Source: Trypanosoma brucei
Lineage: Eukaryota
NCBI GenBank assembly: GCA_000002445.1
Contig: CP000067.1
Span: 1,056,001-1,120,000 of the forward strand
Direction: 5' to 3'
DNA length: 64,000 bases
A program made the position numbers and the translations under genes. Positions 62,149 through 64,000 of this stretch are shown here, piece after piece (the stretch's first letter is position 1; every line of letters starts with the position of its first letter). The notes under the pieces were generated by a model. It saw nothing but the letters and a program-made list of their open reading frames with translations, was not told the origin of the DNA and searched no databases.

Positions 62149-64000
62149 CGCCTAAATTAGCTAATAAGAGGGAAAGAAGTAGTGAGGAAGTATAAAAAAA
62201 CAAATATTCCAAAGGAAATGAAAAAAAATTAATAATAAAATTAATAATAATAATAACTTTTCTCTTCTCTCAAAACCTTCTTATTTCTATACAGTCCCCT
62301 CCGACCTTACCCCTTCGTAAAGGTTTCCTTATACCTGTTTCCTCTATGCAGTTTAACCGAAATCACGACCAAATAATATACTTCCATCATCAAACAATGA
62401 TATCAAATACCAACCACAGAGGTACCGTCGCAATGGACAAATGCCTGCACAACTAACACCCCTTTTTTCACCTCTTTGGCACAAAACCGTACGACCGAAG
62501 GGGAGACGCGATGACGAAACTGAACAAACAAACAAACAAAAAAATAAATAAATAAAAAATTAAAAAAAATCATTATGTTTGAACATCTAACAGAGAATTT
62601 CTCATGTCTTCATCACCTTTACCTATGGCATTTTACTTAATTTCTCTTCATTATTAAACTCACGCCTGCGTGCGTACTATTGGGACGCTTAGCACAACGC
62701 CCATCGCTCGCTTTTCTGTCCTTTACTTCCATTTCCTTCGGCAAGAATAAACATGTGAATATATTTGGGGGTCCGTGCATTAATGAGTAACAGTGGAAGA
62801 AAAAAAAATTTAATAACATTTCCGTTTCATCTCATGTTGGTGACGAGTACCATTCAACTTTTTTTTTTTTTTGTAGTCCACACGTCACCCGCGATACGAA
62901 TATGCTCCCGACTTCCACCCCGCTTCTTTTTTTTTTCTTTTTTCTTTTCCTCCCACTCCCATTTTTTGTGCTTTTCCTTTTTATATTTATGTAGTAACGC
63001 CCTCTCAAACTATTAACATAAAAACACGTATTTTTCCAACGCATGATTTGCTCCAATTGGCAAATTAAAAAGACCCAGCGGATTTAATGTTCATTTTTTA
63101 GCCTTTCATCAATGCCATATCGTGTCGCTGAACTTCGCCGTATCCGCGCAGGGCACCGCAGCGCTTTTCCGTCGCGTTATGAACATTTTCCGTGAACCAA
63201 CGCGTAAACCAATTGCAGCAGTTTTGTCTTTCTTTTTTTTTTTTTTGGGGGGGTGCGCTTCATGTTGTCCTTCATAAATCAAAGAGCCATGCATACTCCT
63301 GCCAGAATTGTCACGAGACGTGTCCAGAAAATAGCAGCAAAGGCAAATCAAATGATGTGAAGACTAACCAGAAGGTTAATGTAGCTCATAATTGAAAAGA
63401 AAACTATAAATGAGCTTTGTTACTGTTTGCTTAGAATAAATAATAATAAAAAAAAAGAAAAGCGACACCAAAAGCCAAGGAAAGTAAATGTTAACTGACA
63501 ACCAGTAACTTTGAGGTGTGAGGTCAACCTTTAAAGTGACATTACGTATTAATACTGTTGCTTTTCCCCTCTCTTTTTTTTCTTCCATCTCCATGACAAG
63601 AGAAAGAAAAAAGAAGAAGAAAACGAACAAACAAAAGAGGAACGGAAGAAGCACCAGTGAGTAACATCAACAAAAGATCAAACAAACAAGAAGAAGAAGA
63701 AGAAAAAAAAAGATGCTCTGCATACTTATTTTTGCGTTTATTCTCCTCTTCCGCCTTGAATATGTGTGAGATTGGTTTCAGAACACCAATAACAATTTTT
63801 TCTTTTTTTGTTTTTGAAAAAAAGAAGGAAATTTAAAAGTAGAGAGAGAGAGAGAGTTATAAAAAGCTACCGAAACAGGAAAGAAGATAAGTCAAAATAA
63901 AAGAGGAATGCATGACGGGTCTCTCGGACTGCTGCTCCATTCAAGTATCTGAAACAAAACAGAACAAAACAAAGAACCACGTAAACAGGGGTGAGAGCAA

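Overview
The window reads as a single trypanosomatid-style polycistronic unit, most likely Trypanosoma brucei, inferred from gene content and organisation. Every convincing long ORF is on the minus strand, none shows an interruption and there is no strand switch. The intergenic regions carry purine-rich (minus-strand pyrimidine-rich) tracts expected for trans-splicing and polyadenylation. I found no tRNA or rRNA signature. Gene content, high to low coordinate in the direction of transcription: an atypical Rab-like GTPase, a mitochondrial m-AAA/FtsH-type protease, two adjacent C2-domain ORFs, a Ser-rich repeat-motif protein, an FtsJ-like rRNA methyltransferase, several large hypothetical proteins (two with mitochondrial-presequence-like N-termini), a long coiled-coil protein, a Clp1-like protein with a degenerate P-loop, an L7Ae-domain protein, a SNARE-like tail-anchored protein, a fatty-acid-hydroxylase/sterol-desaturase-like protein, mevalonate kinase ending in -SKL, an ABCD-type glycosomal ABC half-transporter, another coiled-coil protein, a TRM13-like tRNA methyltransferase, four amino-acid transporter (AAT) genes, and a DnaJ protein. 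The most striking structure is a perfect tandem array of three ~3.31 kb units (about 2896-12838), each carrying a near-identical AAT gene, followed by a divergent mosaic fourth AAT. The units differ by only a few SNPs and by a (TA)n microsatellite of 10, 9 and 12 repeats. Many track ORFs are over-extended at the 5' end into purine-rich UTR, and I propose internal ATG starts where the sequence supports them. Plus-strand ORFs in the track are antisense shadows of minus-strand genes.
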